A DNA stretch of 64,000 nt from assembly GCA_038207335.1 (NCBI GenBank), contig JBBQZX010000004.1:128001-192000 (forward strand). The letters are read 5' to 3'. This document shows, piece by piece, positions 8,511-19,522 of the stretch. Origin of the DNA: Chthoniobacterales bacterium (GTDB lineage Bacteria > Verrucomicrobiota > Verrucomicrobiia > Chthoniobacterales > Chthoniobacteraceae). The notes under the pieces are model-generated. The model had not been told where the DNA came from and made no database searches. It saw only the letters and a list, made by a program, of their open reading frames with translations. Made by a program: the position numbers and the translations under genes. Each line of letters begins with the position of its first letter. Positions within the stretch are counted from its first letter, which is position 1.

Positions 8511-10313
8511 ATGCAGTCGGCGCGTGAATCGTTCGTCCGGCGCAGGCTCCTGCCGCTGCTCAAGCTGCGCGTCTGGATTTCGGAACTCATCCGCCCCAGC
8601 GAACTCCAAATCACGCTTTTCTGGGCTGGCATCATCGGCTTCCTCGGCGCGGTTTCTTCCGTCGCATTTCGGCGCCTGACCGATTTCGTCCACTGGCTCC
8701 TCACCCAACGGCACGACGGTTTCGTGGAAAGCTTTGCTCACCTCACTTGGTGGCAGCGCCTCGCGACACCCGCCGTCGGCGGCCTCCTCGCCGGCTTCAC
8801 AATCTTCTTCGGCATGAGACTGCGGCGCGCAAAAATCAGCACCGACTACATGGAGGCGATCGTCCTCGGCGACGGCATCGTCCCCGCCCGACTGAGCCTC
8901 ATTAAATGCCTCTCCGCGCTTTTCACCGTCGCCTCCGGCGGCTCCATCGGCCGCGAAGGTCCGCTGGTACAGCTTTCCGCGATGCTCGCCTCCACCGTCG
9001 GCCGCTGGCGGCGCACCACGACGCTCCAGCTTCGCCTCCTCGTCGCTTGCGGCGCGGCAGCCGGAATCGCCTCCGCTTACAACGCGCCGATCGGCGGCGC
9101 GATGTTCGTCTCGGAGATCGTCCTGCGCTCGATGGCGATGGAAACGTTCGGCCCGCTCGTCTTCTCCTCCGTCGTCGCCACGCTCACCGTGCGCCAATTT
9201 CTCGGCGGAAATCCCCTCTACGAAATCCCCGTCGTCCGGCTGAATTCCAACTGGGAAATCCTCCCACACCTCCTCCTCGGACTCATCGCCGGCCTCGCCG
9301 CGCCGCTCTTCCTGCGCCTCCTGCGAGCGAGCGAAAAAGGCTTCTCCAAACTAGCGCTTCCAGCCTACGCACGCCTCGCACTCGGCGGCCTCATCGTCGG
9401 TGCACTCGCCATTTTTCACCCCGAGGTCTGCGGCAACGGCTACAGCACCGTTACCCAAATCCTGCACGCCGATTGGCTCTGGCAGACACTTCTCGTCGTT
9501 TTCATTTTCAAAATCGCAGCCACCGCCGCCACCTTCGGCTCCGGTGCAGTCGGCGGCGTTTTCACTCCCACTCTCTTCGCTGGCGCGTGCCTCGGTTACG
9601 TCTTCGGCCACGCCGCACAGGCCATCTGGCCCGGCCCGCCGCTCACCGCCAGCGCATTCACGCTCGTCGGCATGGGTGCCTTTCTCGCTGCCACCACGCA
9701 CGCGCCGATCATGGCCATCATCATGCTTTTCGAGCTTACGCTCGACTACCAAATCATCCTCCCACTTATGCTCGCGTGCGTCGTCGCGCACTACACCTGC
9801 CTCACATTCGAGAAAAAATCCATCTACAGCGAATCGCTCCAGCGTAAAGGCGCGGGCACATTCCAGGAGCATCTCGCCTCGCTCCGCGTCGCCGATTTGA
9901 TGAAACCGGACCCCACCAGCGTTTCGGAAAATGCGCGCTTCGCCGACATCGCGGAAACATTCATCACCCACCGCTTCAACTACCTCTACGTCATCGACGA
10001 AGCCCGGCGCTTCCTCGGCGTCGTCTCGCTGCACGACATCAAAAGCTACCTCAGCCAGCCCGAACTCGCCGAACTCGTCATCGCCCGCGACATCCTCCGC
10101 ATCACCTTTCCCACCATCTCACCGGACAGGTCGCTCGCCGACGCCCTCACTCATTTCTCCCATCACGACGGCGAGCGCCTCCCTGTCATCGAATCCAACC
10201 GCACCATCATCGGCACCATCTCGAAAACTGACCTCATTCTCGCCCTCGCCGAGCAGTCGAAAGAAACCGGCCCGCCAGCCGAAGCAGCGCCACAATCATT
10301 CTCAGCCCCATGA
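8511..10313 (+). CDS. clcB: ClcB-like voltage-gated chloride channel with CBS pair
   Basis: GGSIGREGP, AYNAPIGG, GAVGGVFTPTL, C-terminal CBS domains. Confidence 0.9.
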   Translation: MQSARESFVRRRLLPLLKLRVWISELIRPSELQITLFWAGIIGFLGAVSSVAFRRLTDFVHWLLTQRHDGFVESFAHLTWWQRLATPAVGGLLAGFTIFFGMRLRRAKISTDYMEAIVLGDGIVPARLSLIKCLSALFTVASGGSIGREGPLVQLSAMLASTVGRWRRTTTLQLRLLVACGAAAGIASAYNAPIGGAMFVSEIVLRSMAMETFGPLVFSSVVATLTVRQFLGGNPLYEIPVVRLNSNWEILPHLLLGLIAGLAAPLFLRLLRASEKGFSKLALPAYARLALGGLIVGALAIFHPEVCGNGYSTVTQILHADWLWQTLLVVFIFKIAATAATFGSGAVGGVFTPTLFAGACLGYVFGHAAQAIWPGPPLTASAFTLVGMGAFLAATTHAPIMAIIMLFELTLDYQIILPLMLACVVAHYTCLTFEKKSIYSESLQRKGAGTFQEHLASLRVADLMKPDPTSVSENARFADIAETFITHRFNYLYVIDEARRFLGVVSLHDIKSYLSQPELAELVIARDILRITFPTISPDRSLADALTHFSHHDGERLPVIESNRTIIGTISKTDLILALAEQSKETGPPAEAAPQSFSAP

Positions 10314-11407
10314 CCCCACTCCGATTCACCACCGCCCTCCTCGTGCAACTCCTCTTCGCCTGCACATTTTCCACTCTCCACGCCGAGCCCGTCGAGGTCA
10401 TCCCCGCCACGCTACACGGCGCGATGCAGCCGCAAATCGCAGTCGCTCCCAGCGGAACAATTCACGTCACCTTTGGAAAAGACGGCGTCATTTTTTATAC
10501 CATCTCGCACGATCGCGGACGCACATTTTCGTCTCCCGCAAAAGTCGGCGCGCTTCCCAAACTCGCGCTCGGCCTGAGACGCGGCCCGCGCATCGCCGCC
10601 ACCGATCGCATCGTCGTCATCACCGCGATTTCCCACGCGGACGGTGACCTCCACGCGTGGACTTCAGCCAACGGCGGCGCGACTTGGAGCGAATCCAAAC
10701 ACGTCAACAGCCCTCCCAATTCCGCGCGCGAAGGCCTCCACGCAATGACCGCCGACGGCGCGGGAAACGTCTTCGCCACATGGCTCGACGACGGAAGCGG
10801 CGGCAAGGAACTCTGGCGCGCACTCTCCAGCGATGGCGGCCGCACGTGGGGAGAAAGCGCTCTCATCTACAAATCCCCCGACGGGCACATCTGCGAGTGC
10901 TGCAACCCCAGCGCCGCGATGGACGCACAGGGCCACGTCTCCGTCATGTGGCGCAACTGGCTCGGCGGCTCGCGCGACATGTTCACCGCCGCCAGCGGCG
11001 ACGGCGGCAAGACCTTTAGCTCCGCAAAAAAACTCGGTAGCGGCACATGGAAACTCAACGGCTGCCCGATGGACGGCGGAGCGCTCGCGCTCGCAGCGGA
11101 TGGAAAGCCGCTCGCAGTCTGGCGTCGCGAAAAAGCCGTCTTCGCCAGCATCGCATCCGATCCCGAGCAGGCTCTCTCCGATTCCGCAGTTCAGCCCATC
11201 GCTGTCTCGACGGGCCCGCACACGTTCATTTTCTGGCAGAGCGGCGGCGATTTGCTGTTAAAAAAAGACGACACCACGCCCGCACGCATCGCCACAAATG
11301 CCGCCTTCGCGGCTGCCGCACCAATGCCAGACGGCGCAGTCATCGTCGTTTGGGAATCCTCCGCAAACGGCACAAAAACCATCCTGTCTCAATTCATTCC
11401 GAAATGA
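10310..11407 (+). CDS. secreted BNR/Asp-box (sialidase-like) beta-propeller protein
   Basis: Signal peptide; SxDxGxTF/W repeats ([32 protein letters not shown]); HICECC and GCPMDGG motifs. Confidence 0.75.
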   Translation: MTPLRFTTALLVQLLFACTFSTLHAEPVEVIPATLHGAMQPQIAVAPSGTIHVTFGKDGVIFYTISHDRGRTFSSPAKVGALPKLALGLRRGPRIAATDRIVVITAISHADGDLHAWTSANGGATWSESKHVNSPPNSAREGLHAMTADGAGNVFATWLDDGSGGKELWRALSSDGGRTWGESALIYKSPDGHICECCNPSAAMDAQGHVSVMWRNWLGGSRDMFTAASGDGGKTFSSAKKLGSGTWKLNGCPMDGGALALAADGKPLAVWRREKAVFASIASDPEQALSDSAVQPIAVSTGPHTFIFWQSGGDLLLKKDDTTPARIATNAAFAAAAPMPDGAVIVVWESSANGTKTILSQFIPK

Positions 11408-12021
11408 CTCCACCACCCCGCAACCCTGTGCGCATCGGCATCGGCGGCCCGGTTGGCTCCGGCAAGACCATGCTCGTCCTGCGTCTTTGCCAATGGCTCG
11501 CCGGCGAGTTCTCCATCGCCGTCGTCACCAACGACATCTACACGCGAGAAGACGCCGAGTTCCTCGTGCGAAACGACGCGCTCGCCGCAGACCGCGTCAT
11601 CGGTGTCGAAACCGGCGGCTGCCCGCACACCGCCATCCGCGACGACACCAGCATGAATCTCGCCGCCATCGCCGAGCTCCAGCATCGCCATCCCGATGCG
11701 CAAATCGTCTTCGTCGAGAGCGGCGGCGACAATCTCTCCGCCACCTTTTCACCCGAACTCGTCGAGGCATTCATCTACGTCATCGACGTCGCCGAGGGGG
11801 ACAAAATCCCGCGCAAAGGCGGCCCCGCGATCCGGCACAGCGACCTCCTGCTCATCAATAAAACCGACCTCGCCCCATACGTTGGCGCCGACCTCGACGT
11901 CATGGCGCGCGACGCGAAAATCATGCGCGGCAACAAGCCCTTTCTCTTCGCCGACCTCCGCTCCGAAAAAGGCAAAGACGATCTCCTCGCCTGGCTCCGT
12001 CGCGAGGTGCTTTTTGTGTAA
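11404..12021 (+). CDS. ureG: urease accessory GTPase UreG
   Basis: [36 protein letters not shown] overlap with the upstream gene. Confidence 0.95.
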   Translation: MTPPPRNPVRIGIGGPVGSGKTMLVLRLCQWLAGEFSIAVVTNDIYTREDAEFLVRNDALAADRVIGVETGGCPHTAIRDDTSMNLAAIAELQHRHPDAQIVFVESGGDNLSATFSPELVEAFIYVIDVAEGDKIPRKGGPAIRHSDLLLINKTDLAPYVGADLDVMARDAKIMRGNKPFLFADLRSEKGKDDLLAWLRREVLFV

Positions 12022-12023
12022 AA

Positions 12024-12902
12024 GTGGACGTCCTCGCGCCATCCGCACCGCCCGCGAGGAGCCGCGGAATCCGCGGCCATCTCGACCTCGTATGCGCCGC
12101 GAATGCCGATGGAAACAGCTTCTTGCGGCGACAGTCCTTTTCCGCGCCCATCCATCTCAGCAAGCCGCACCTCGACGAAAACGTCCTCATCGTCAACGTC
12201 GTCAACCCGACCGCGGGTCTCCTCTCCGGCGACCGCGTGAACATCAAAGTGCGCGTGGAATCCGGCGCAAAAATGCTCCTCACCGCCCCCAGCGCGAGCC
12301 GCGCCCATCGCATGTCCGAGGGCCGCGCCGAGGTGGTCCAGGAGTTAATCGTCGAGCCCGGCGCGTCCCTCGAAATCCTCCCCGAACTCTTCATCCCGCA
12401 AGCCGGCACGCGATACCTCCAGCGCACCTCCGCGCGAGTCGCGGAAGGCGGCGAACTCCTCCTCTTCGAAACCATTGCGCCCGGTCGCGTCGCATCCGGG
12501 GAGTCGTTCGCCTACGACGCACTCGAATGGTTCACCGACGTTTCTGCCAGCGGTGAGGCATGTGTCCGCGAGCGCATCCACCTCTCCCCGGCCGACGAAA
12601 GCCTCACCCCGCTCCGCACACTTTTCGCCAACGCCTACGTCGCAAACTGCTTCATCATCACTCCACGCCTCACCCCCGACTCCCCCTGCTGGCCGCCGAT
12701 CCGATCCCTTCACTCCTCCTCCGTCTGGGTCGGCACCACCCGCCTCCACAGCACCGGCTGGTGCATCAAATTGATCGCCGAAAGCAGCATCGCCCTCCGC
12801 GCCACCCTCCAAATAATCCGCGCGCAAATCTACGCCTCCCTCGCTCGTCCAGTCCCCTCGCTCCGCCGAAACGACCACATTTCTCCGCCTCCCGAAAGCT
12901 GA
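12024..12902 (+). CDS. ureD: urease accessory protein UreD/UreH
   Basis: NPTAGLLSGD, TAPSASRAH, PELFIPQAG, PGRVASGESF; follows ureG. Confidence 0.85.
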   Translation: MDVLAPSAPPARSRGIRGHLDLVCAANADGNSFLRRQSFSAPIHLSKPHLDENVLIVNVVNPTAGLLSGDRVNIKVRVESGAKMLLTAPSASRAHRMSEGRAEVVQELIVEPGASLEILPELFIPQAGTRYLQRTSARVAEGGELLLFETIAPGRVASGESFAYDALEWFTDVSASGEACVRERIHLSPADESLTPLRTLFANAYVANCFIITPRLTPDSPCWPPIRSLHSSSVWVGTTRLHSTGWCIKLIAESSIALRATLQIIRAQIYASLARPVPSLRRNDHISPPPES

Positions 12903-12936
12903 GCGGTCTACGCCCACAACCCCCGCATCCACCCCA

Positions 12937-14040
12937 ATGCTCAAAGCCCTCGACATCTGGCTCCCAGCCTGGCGCAACCGCCCTCGCAACCCTCCCCGTC
13001 CGCTCGGAGTCCGACACGTCATGCTCTGCGTCTGCGACCACTTCGAGCCCTTCCACCACGCAAAAAAGCCCGTGGCCCTCGCACGCGTGAAAACCTGGCA
13101 GGACGAATTCCCGCAACTCGCCGACGAGTTTTCCGACGCCGATGACATCTCCCCGCGCCACACATTTTTCTATCCTATCGAGCAATATGACCCCGACATC
13201 GTCGCCGAGATCGCCAGCCTCTGCCACGCGACCGGCTGCGAGACCGAGGTTCATCTTCACCACGAAAACGACACCTCCGAAAATCTGCGAGCAACGCTGA
13301 ATCAAGGTGCAGAGCGGCTCGCCAGCCACGGCCTCCTCTCGCTCGACGCTTCCGGCACGCTGCGATACGGCTTCATTCACGGTAACTGGGCGCTCGATAA
13401 CTCCCACCCCGAAGGCCGCCACTGCGGCGTCCGCAACGAACTAAGCACCCTCCGCTCCACCGGCTGCTACGCCGACTTCACCCTCCCCTCCGCGCCAAAC
13501 CGTACACAGACCCGCACCATCAACAGCGTCTATTATGCACGCGGCACCGACTACCCGAAATCGCACGACACCGGCCACCGCGCCTTCGCCGACCGGGACC
13601 AGCAGCCGCCAGTCGAAAACGATCTCCTTATAGTCCAGGGCCCGCTCGCGCTGAACTGGAAGCGCCGCAAACTCGGCATCCTCCCGCGTATAGAAAACAG
13701 CGACCTCACCGCAAAAAATCCGCCGACTCTGGACCGCCTTCGCCTCTGGCTCGACTGCCGCATCACCGTCGAAAATCGTCCCAACTGGCTCTTCATCAAA
13801 CTCCATACGCACGGCGCGCTCCCGGCCAATACGCGAATGCTCCTCGGCGACCCAATGCGCGCATTCCACCGCTCCATCGCCGAACTCGCCGCCCGCGACC
13901 AGACCCTTCGCTTCCATTACGTCACCGCCCGCGAGCTCGTGAATATCATCCACGCAGCCGAGGCCGGACACTCCGGCGAACCCGGCCAATTCCGCGATTT
14001 CCGCTTCGCAAAATCCGCGGCAAGCGCGGCCCCGGCATGA
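12937..14040 (+). CDS. conserved His-rich protein of EPS loci, putative carbohydrate esterase/deacetylase fold
   Basis: CVCDHFEP, EVHLHH, FIHGNWALDN, GCYADFTLPSAP, FIKLHTHG; coupled by ATGA to a GT4 gene. Confidence 0.55.
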   Translation: MLKALDIWLPAWRNRPRNPPRPLGVRHVMLCVCDHFEPFHHAKKPVALARVKTWQDEFPQLADEFSDADDISPRHTFFYPIEQYDPDIVAEIASLCHATGCETEVHLHHENDTSENLRATLNQGAERLASHGLLSLDASGTLRYGFIHGNWALDNSHPEGRHCGVRNELSTLRSTGCYADFTLPSAPNRTQTRTINSVYYARGTDYPKSHDTGHRAFADRDQQPPVENDLLIVQGPLALNWKRRKLGILPRIENSDLTAKNPPTLDRLRLWLDCRITVENRPNWLFIKLHTHGALPANTRMLLGDPMRAFHRSIAELAARDQTLRFHYVTARELVNIIHAAEAGHSGEPGQFRDFRFAKSAASAAPA

Positions 14041-15185
14041 AGCTGCTTTTCATCTCGAATCTTTTCCCCGACACCCGCGAGCCCTACCGCGGCCTCGACA
14101 ACGCCACCGTCCTCCACGGCCTGCGCGAAAAATGGGACATCCGAGTCCTCGCGGTGCGCCCAGCGTTGCCGTTTCAAGTCCGCTCGTGGAAATGCCGCGA
14201 CGAAGACCATGCATTCGAACCGCGCTTCATCCACGCCCCCTACCTGCCGAAAATCGGAAGCCGCGTGAACCACCGCCTCATGGCCCGGGCCCTCCGCTCT
14301 CCCATCGAAATGCTGCGCAAAAGGTTCCGATTCGAAGTCGCCCTCTGCGCGTGGATTTACCCCGACGCGTGCGCCGTCTCGCTCCTCTCGAGCACCCTCG
14401 GTTTCCCCTTCGTCGCCATCGCGCAAGGCTCCGATGTCCACCAATACCTTCGCATCCCCGCGCGCCGCGAAATCATCTCGAAAACAATCCCCGCCGCCTC
14501 CGCCGTCATCACCCGCAGCGCAGAACTCGCGCGTCTCCTCGGCGAAGTCGGCATTGAAAAACAGCGCCTCCACGCAATCCACAACGGCGTCGATTTCAAC
14601 ACCTTCCACCCTGCCGACCGCGCCACCGCCCGTCGCGAACTCGGCCTCGATCCCGACACCCACGCAATCCTTTTCGTCGGCAACTTCTGCGCGATCAAAA
14701 ACCCGCTGCTCCTGCTCGAAGCCCACGCGCGCCTCTGCAACACGCCACATCTTGAAAACACCGAACTCGTGATGATCGGAGGCGGCCCACTCGAAACCGA
14801 AATCCGCGCCCGCGCCGCCGCGCTCGCCTCGCGCGTGATTTTCGCAGGACGAAAAGACGCCGCCGACGTCGGACGCCACATGCAAGCCGCCGACGTCCTC
14901 TGCCTCCCCAGCGACAACGAAGGCGTACCAAACGTCATCCTCGAATCATTCGCCTGCGGCCTCCCCGTCGTCGCGAGCAACGTCGGAGGCATCTCCGAAG
15001 TCCACACCAGCCCTGCGCTCGGCGCACTCGTCCCACCGCGCGACACCGCCGCACTCACCGCCGCATTGATCCAAACACTCACCGCCCCACCCCCACGCGA
15101 CGCCATCGCAGCCCACGGCCAAGAATTCTCCTGGCAACGCACCGCCGCGAAATACGACGCCGTCCTCACCTCCGCCGCGCGATGA
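14037..15185 (+). CDS. glycosyltransferase family 4
   Basis: HNGVD, ILFVGN, LPSDNEGVPNVILESFACGLPVVASNVGGISE. Confidence 0.9.
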   Translation: MKLLFISNLFPDTREPYRGLDNATVLHGLREKWDIRVLAVRPALPFQVRSWKCRDEDHAFEPRFIHAPYLPKIGSRVNHRLMARALRSPIEMLRKRFRFEVALCAWIYPDACAVSLLSSTLGFPFVAIAQGSDVHQYLRIPARREIISKTIPAASAVITRSAELARLLGEVGIEKQRLHAIHNGVDFNTFHPADRATARRELGLDPDTHAILFVGNFCAIKNPLLLLEAHARLCNTPHLENTELVMIGGGPLETEIRARAAALASRVIFAGRKDAADVGRHMQAADVLCLPSDNEGVPNVILESFACGLPVVASNVGGISEVHTSPALGALVPPRDTAALTAALIQTLTAPPPRDAIAAHGQEFSWQRTAAKYDAVLTSAAR

Positions 15186-16366
15186 AAATCCTCTTCCACT
15201 TCCGCACCCAGGGCACCGGCGCGGAAGGCGTTCACCTCGCCGGCATCGCCGACGCGCTGGAATCGCTCGGCCACAAACTCGTCTTCTCAAGCCCCACCGG
15301 AGTCGATCCACGCCACACCGCGGGTACAAACCCGTTCGCCCGCAAATCAAGGCGCAGCCTACTCTCCCAGCTCGCCGCGATAGCGCCCCCCGTCATTTTC
15401 GAGCTCCTTGAAATCGCCTACAACCTCGTCGCCTTCCTCCGGAACCGCGCCCTTCTCGCACACGAACGCTGCGATCTCATCTACGAGCGCCACGCCTTCT
15501 TCCTCTGCTCGACCGCGTGGCTTGCCCACGGCAGCCGCATCCCACTCGTCATCGAAGTCAATGAACTCTCCGGCGACGAACGCGTCCGCTCCGAGCCCTT
15601 TTTCTCCGCATTCGCCCGCTGGACCGAGCGCGCCACATTCACCCGCGCGACCCTCATCGTCGTCGTCTCCCCGCACCTCGCCCGCCGCATTTCAGCAATG
15701 GGCATCGACGCAAGAAAGATCCTGGTCCTCCCAAACGCCGTCAGCGAAGCGAGCCTAGCAAAACCCGCAAATCGCGACCGCATCCGAACCAAACTCCGCC
15801 TCGCCGATACTGTGGTGATCGGCTTCTCCGGCTGGTTCGTCGCCTGGCACCGCCTTGATCGCCTCCTCGCCGAGTTCGCTCCGCTCGCGCGCGAAAACCC
15901 TTGCCTCCGCCTCCTCCTCGTGGGCGACGGCGACCTCAAAACCGCGCTACTCGCGCAATCGCACGACCTCGGCATCGCAGAAATCGTCATTTTCACCGGC
16001 GCAATCCCGCACGACGAAATGCCCGACTACCTCGCCGCATTGGACATCGCCGTCGTCCCGCACAGCAATGCCTACCGCTCCCCGATCAAGCTCTTCGAAG
16101 CAATGGCCCGCGCCCTCCCAGTTGTCGCTCCGCGAGTCGAACCGATCGAGACCATCATCCGCCACGGTAAAAACGGAATGCTCTTCGACCTATCCATCGC
16201 CTCAGATTTGAGAGCCCAACTCGCCCGTCTCGTCGCCGATCGCGATTTGCGTACGTGCCTCGGAAATCAAGCCCAGTCGGACATCCGCGAGCACCACATT
16301 TGGACGAAAAATGTGGAGGCGATGCTCCGGCATCTCGAAGAACAGAACCCGACGGACCACGTGTAA
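15182..16366 (+). CDS. glycosyltransferase family 4
   Basis: LPNAV, GFSGWFVAWH, SPIKLFEAMARALPVVAP, HGKNGMLF. Confidence 0.9.
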   Translation: MKILFHFRTQGTGAEGVHLAGIADALESLGHKLVFSSPTGVDPRHTAGTNPFARKSRRSLLSQLAAIAPPVIFELLEIAYNLVAFLRNRALLAHERCDLIYERHAFFLCSTAWLAHGSRIPLVIEVNELSGDERVRSEPFFSAFARWTERATFTRATLIVVVSPHLARRISAMGIDARKILVLPNAVSEASLAKPANRDRIRTKLRLADTVVIGFSGWFVAWHRLDRLLAEFAPLARENPCLRLLLVGDGDLKTALLAQSHDLGIAEIVIFTGAIPHDEMPDYLAALDIAVVPHSNAYRSPIKLFEAMARALPVVAPRVEPIETIIRHGKNGMLFDLSIASDLRAQLARLVADRDLRTCLGNQAQSDIREHHIWTKNVEAMLRHLEEQNPTDHV

Positions 16367-16382
16367 GAACGGGCTAGCCCCG

Positions 16383-16410
16383 TTGACACACCCCAACCGA
16401 GCGGTACCCT
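16383..16410 (+). promoter_or_regulatory. sigma70-like promoter upstream of the E1alpha gene
   Basis: TTGACA-16 bp-TACCCT. Confidence 0.45.
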
Positions 16411-16429
16411 CGCGCGTCCTCTTCCACCC

Positions 16430-17359
16430 TTGGCCACCTCGCCCGACACCCTGCCGCCGCTCCGCGCCGTGTCACTCGAAACACTCGAATCGTTGCTGCT
16501 GATTCGTCACTTCGAGGAACTGTTACTCGATCATTTCCAAGCGGGAAAACTGAGCGGTACCACCCACACCTGTCTGGGCCAGGAATGCATTCCAGTCACC
16601 GTGATGCCGCTCCTCCGCGACGACGATTTCATCTTCAGCAACCACCGCGGACACGGCCATTACCTCGCGCGTTTTGACGACCCCGCCGGCCTGCTCGCCG
16701 AGATCATGGGCCGCGACGGCGGCGTCTGCCGCGGCGTCGGCGGCAGCCAGCACATCAAGCGCGGACGCTACATCTCCACCGGCATCCAGGGCGAAAGTCT
16801 CCCCGTCGCGGTCGGCGCCGCACTCCAGTTGAAACGCGAAAAGCGCGGCGGCATCGCAGTCCCATTCATTGGCGACGGGACATGGGGGCAAGGAGCCGTG
16901 TATGAGGCGCTGAACATGGCCGCGCTGTGGCGCGTCCCGATGGTCGTCGTCGTGGAAAACAACCACATCGCGCAAACCACGCACTGCACGCAAAACATGG
17001 CGGGAACGATCGAAGATCGCGTCCGCGCATTCGGCGTCGATTACCTCCGCGGCACCGGCCACGACATCGCCTCGCTGCGCGAAAAGATCACGCCGATTTT
17101 CGACCGCGCCCGCTTCGAAAACGCTCCCGCCGTCATCGAATTCGAAACCGAACGCCTCGGCTCCCACAGTAAAGGCGACGACACGCGAACGCCCGAATCC
17201 GTCGCCACGCTCCGCGCAAAGAGCTGGCACGCACACTTCTCGGCAGCTTTCCCCAAGCAGTTCGCTGTTGCGGAAGCGCGCGTCGCCGAGCGCATCGCCG
17301 CAGTCGCCACGGATGTCGAAAACCGGTCTCTCGCTACCTGGAGCCCGCGCCATGAGTGA
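16430..17359 (+). CDS. ThDP-dependent dehydrogenase E1 alpha subunit
   Basis: GTTHTCLGQE, SNHRGHGH, GDGTWGQG...ENN ThDP motif, RLGSHSKGDD. Confidence 0.9.
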   Translation: MATSPDTLPPLRAVSLETLESLLLIRHFEELLLDHFQAGKLSGTTHTCLGQECIPVTVMPLLRDDDFIFSNHRGHGHYLARFDDPAGLLAEIMGRDGGVCRGVGGSQHIKRGRYISTGIQGESLPVAVGAALQLKREKRGGIAVPFIGDGTWGQGAVYEALNMAALWRVPMVVVVENNHIAQTTHCTQNMAGTIEDRVRAFGVDYLRGTGHDIASLREKITPIFDRARFENAPAVIEFETERLGSHSKGDDTRTPESVATLRAKSWHAHFSAAFPKQFAVAEARVAERIAAVATDVENRSLATWSPRHE

Positions 17360-18353
17360 GCGCGTGGTCGAGAATCTCAACCGCGCGCTGCACGACGTGA
17401 TGCGCGCCGACGACCGTGTCTTCTTCATCGGCGAGGACGTTCTCGATCCTTACGGCGGTGCTTTCAAGGTCGCGCACGGACTTTCCAGCGCGTTCCCCGA
17501 CCGCGTGCTCACCACCCCGATCAGCGAACTCGGAATCGCAGGCGTCGCCAACGGCCTCGCTCTGGCCGGACAGCGCCCGATCGTCGAGTTCATGTTCGGC
17601 GACTTCATCTTTCTGGCCTTCGACCAGATCGTAAATTTCGCCGCGAAATCCGTGTCGATGTACGGCGAGCCAACTGCCCATCCCCTGCTCGTGCGATGCC
17701 CTGTCGGCGGGCATCGCGGCTACGGCGCGACACACAGCCAGAGTGTGCAAAAGCATTTCATCGGCGTGCCAAATCTCGCGCTCTTTGAAATCTCACCGCT
17801 CCACGACAACCGCAAACTCCTCCCGAAGCTCACCGCCCGCGACGAGCCCGCGATCCTGTTCGAAAGCAAAACGCTCTACGCACAAACGCAATTCAACGAC
17901 GGCGATATCGACGAACTCTTCCGCTACGACTTCCTCGACGAAGCGCGGATGACCGCCCGCGCCTTTATCGAAGCCGATCCGCAGGCGCTCGTCGTCACGA
18001 CCGGCGGCATGTTCAACGCGTGCCTCGCCGCCGGACGGCAGCTCTTTTTCGAGCACGAGATCGAGACGCAAATCGTGGTGCCGTTCCAACTTTACCCGTT
18101 CTATCCCGCGCCGCTCGCAGCCCTACTTTCGACTTGCTCGACGATCTATGTCGTCGAGGAAAGCACCGCCGGCGGGACGTGGGGAGCCGAGGTCGCGGCC
18201 GTCATCGCGCGGGAGTTCCCGAGCCTGCGCACGCAGATCCGGCTCATCCATTCTGCGGACAGCATCATCCCATCGGCCCGCCATCTCGAATCCGCGACAC
18301 TCGTGCAACCGCAGGACATCGTCGCGCGCATCGCGGCAGATTCCCTCTCGTAA
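17352..18353 (+). CDS. ThDP-dependent dehydrogenase E1 beta (transketolase C-terminal-like) subunit
   Basis: GEDVLDPYGGAFK, TPISELGIAG, FDQIVN, GYGATHSQS; overlaps the E1alpha stop. Confidence 0.9.
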   Translation: MSERVVENLNRALHDVMRADDRVFFIGEDVLDPYGGAFKVAHGLSSAFPDRVLTTPISELGIAGVANGLALAGQRPIVEFMFGDFIFLAFDQIVNFAAKSVSMYGEPTAHPLLVRCPVGGHRGYGATHSQSVQKHFIGVPNLALFEISPLHDNRKLLPKLTARDEPAILFESKTLYAQTQFNDGDIDELFRYDFLDEARMTARAFIEADPQALVVTTGGMFNACLAAGRQLFFEHEIETQIVVPFQLYPFYPAPLAALLSTCSTIYVVEESTAGGTWGAEVAAVIAREFPSLRTQIRLIHSADSIIPSARHLESATLVQPQDIVARIAADSLS

Positions 18354-18356
18354 TCC

Positions 18357-19475
18357 ATGAGCCCGATACTCGTCCCGACCATCAACAGCAACGACTCCGA
18401 CGCGCTGCTCCTCGCATGGTCGAAAAACAACGGCGACGAAGTCTGCAAAGGCGAAACGATCGCCTTGCTCGAGACGACAAAAGCCTCCTTCGATCTCGCC
18501 GCGGAGGCGGACGGACTCCTGCACACCGTCGCACTCGAAGGCCTGCGCCATGCCTTCGGCACGAGCCTCGGCTGGCTCTTCACCGATGCCGCGGAGCGCG
18601 ACCAGTTCTTCCTCCGCCGCACCTCCAAAACGCCCGCGGAGAGCGCCGGATTCGTCATCACAAAATCCGCGCGCGACCTCATCGCGCGAAACGGCATCGA
18701 CGGCGACGCGATCCGTGCGCTCGGCAAAAGGGTCATCAAAGCCGAAGACCTCGCGCCGCTCCTGAGGCCTGTGCCCGAGCCAAAGATTAGTGCGGCATTG
18801 CTCCCGGTCAGCCCGCAGCAGCAGTCGATCGCACGTGTCGTCGCGCACTCGCACGCTGCAATCCCGGCATCGTTCATTTTGAAGAGAGTCGCGGTCGATG
18901 CTGCGCTCGACGCCGTCGCGCAATTCAGCCGCGAGGAAAAGATTCTCGCTGGATTGCCCGACCTGCTCGTCTGGATCGCAGCGCGTCTGCCGGAAACCTT
19001 TCCTTTCTTTTTCGGCGCTCTCAGAGACGAGTTGAAATTCACGCCGTCGAACTCCGGCAGCATCGGGGTGACGTTCGACGTCGGCCACGGCCTCTTCATT
19101 CCCGTGGTGAAAAAGGCGGCTTCCCTCTCACTCGGCGAGATCGCGAAAACGATGATGGGATTTCGGATGCGCGCGGCTCGAAACAGCTTCCACGCGGAGG
19201 AACTCAGCGGCGGCGATTTGACGATCAGCCTCAATATGGACGCGTGCGTGGTCTTCGTGCAGCCGATCATTCAACCGCCGCAGACGTGCATGATTTCCGT
19301 CGGCGCAGTGACGGCCGAAATCGCGCTCGATGCCGATGGGAAGATGATTTCCCGGCGATGCGTGCATCTCGGCGCGGCCTTCGATCACCGCGTCATCAAT
19401 GGCTTTCAGGCCAACGCATTCCTCAACGCAATCGCGCAGCGGCTGGAAAATCCCGAGCCTGCTGCGTGGCGATGA
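18357..19475 (+). CDS. dihydrolipoamide acyltransferase-like E2 (lipoyl, degenerate subunit-binding and catalytic domains)
   Basis: LETTKASFDL lipoyl-Lys; KSARDLIARNGID; catalytic AFDHRVING. Confidence 0.85.
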   Translation: MSPILVPTINSNDSDALLLAWSKNNGDEVCKGETIALLETTKASFDLAAEADGLLHTVALEGLRHAFGTSLGWLFTDAAERDQFFLRRTSKTPAESAGFVITKSARDLIARNGIDGDAIRALGKRVIKAEDLAPLLRPVPEPKISAALLPVSPQQQSIARVVAHSHAAIPASFILKRVAVDAALDAVAQFSREEKILAGLPDLLVWIAARLPETFPFFFGALRDELKFTPSNSGSIGVTFDVGHGLFIPVVKKAASLSLGEIAKTMMGFRMRAARNSFHAEELSGGDLTISLNMDACVVFVQPIIQPPQTCMISVGAVTAEIALDADGKMISRRCVHLGAAFDHRVINGFQANAFLNAIAQRLENPEPAAWR

Positions 19476-19522
19476 GCGGTGCTTGCGCGGGTCGCACGGC
19501 TATCGAAGAATCCCGCGCCTCC

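Noticed and set aside
16430..19475. Housekeeping pyruvate dehydrogenase (pdhABC)
   Set aside because: No E3, a divergent E2 and an ACP/GT context; gene symbols withheld pending phylogeny.
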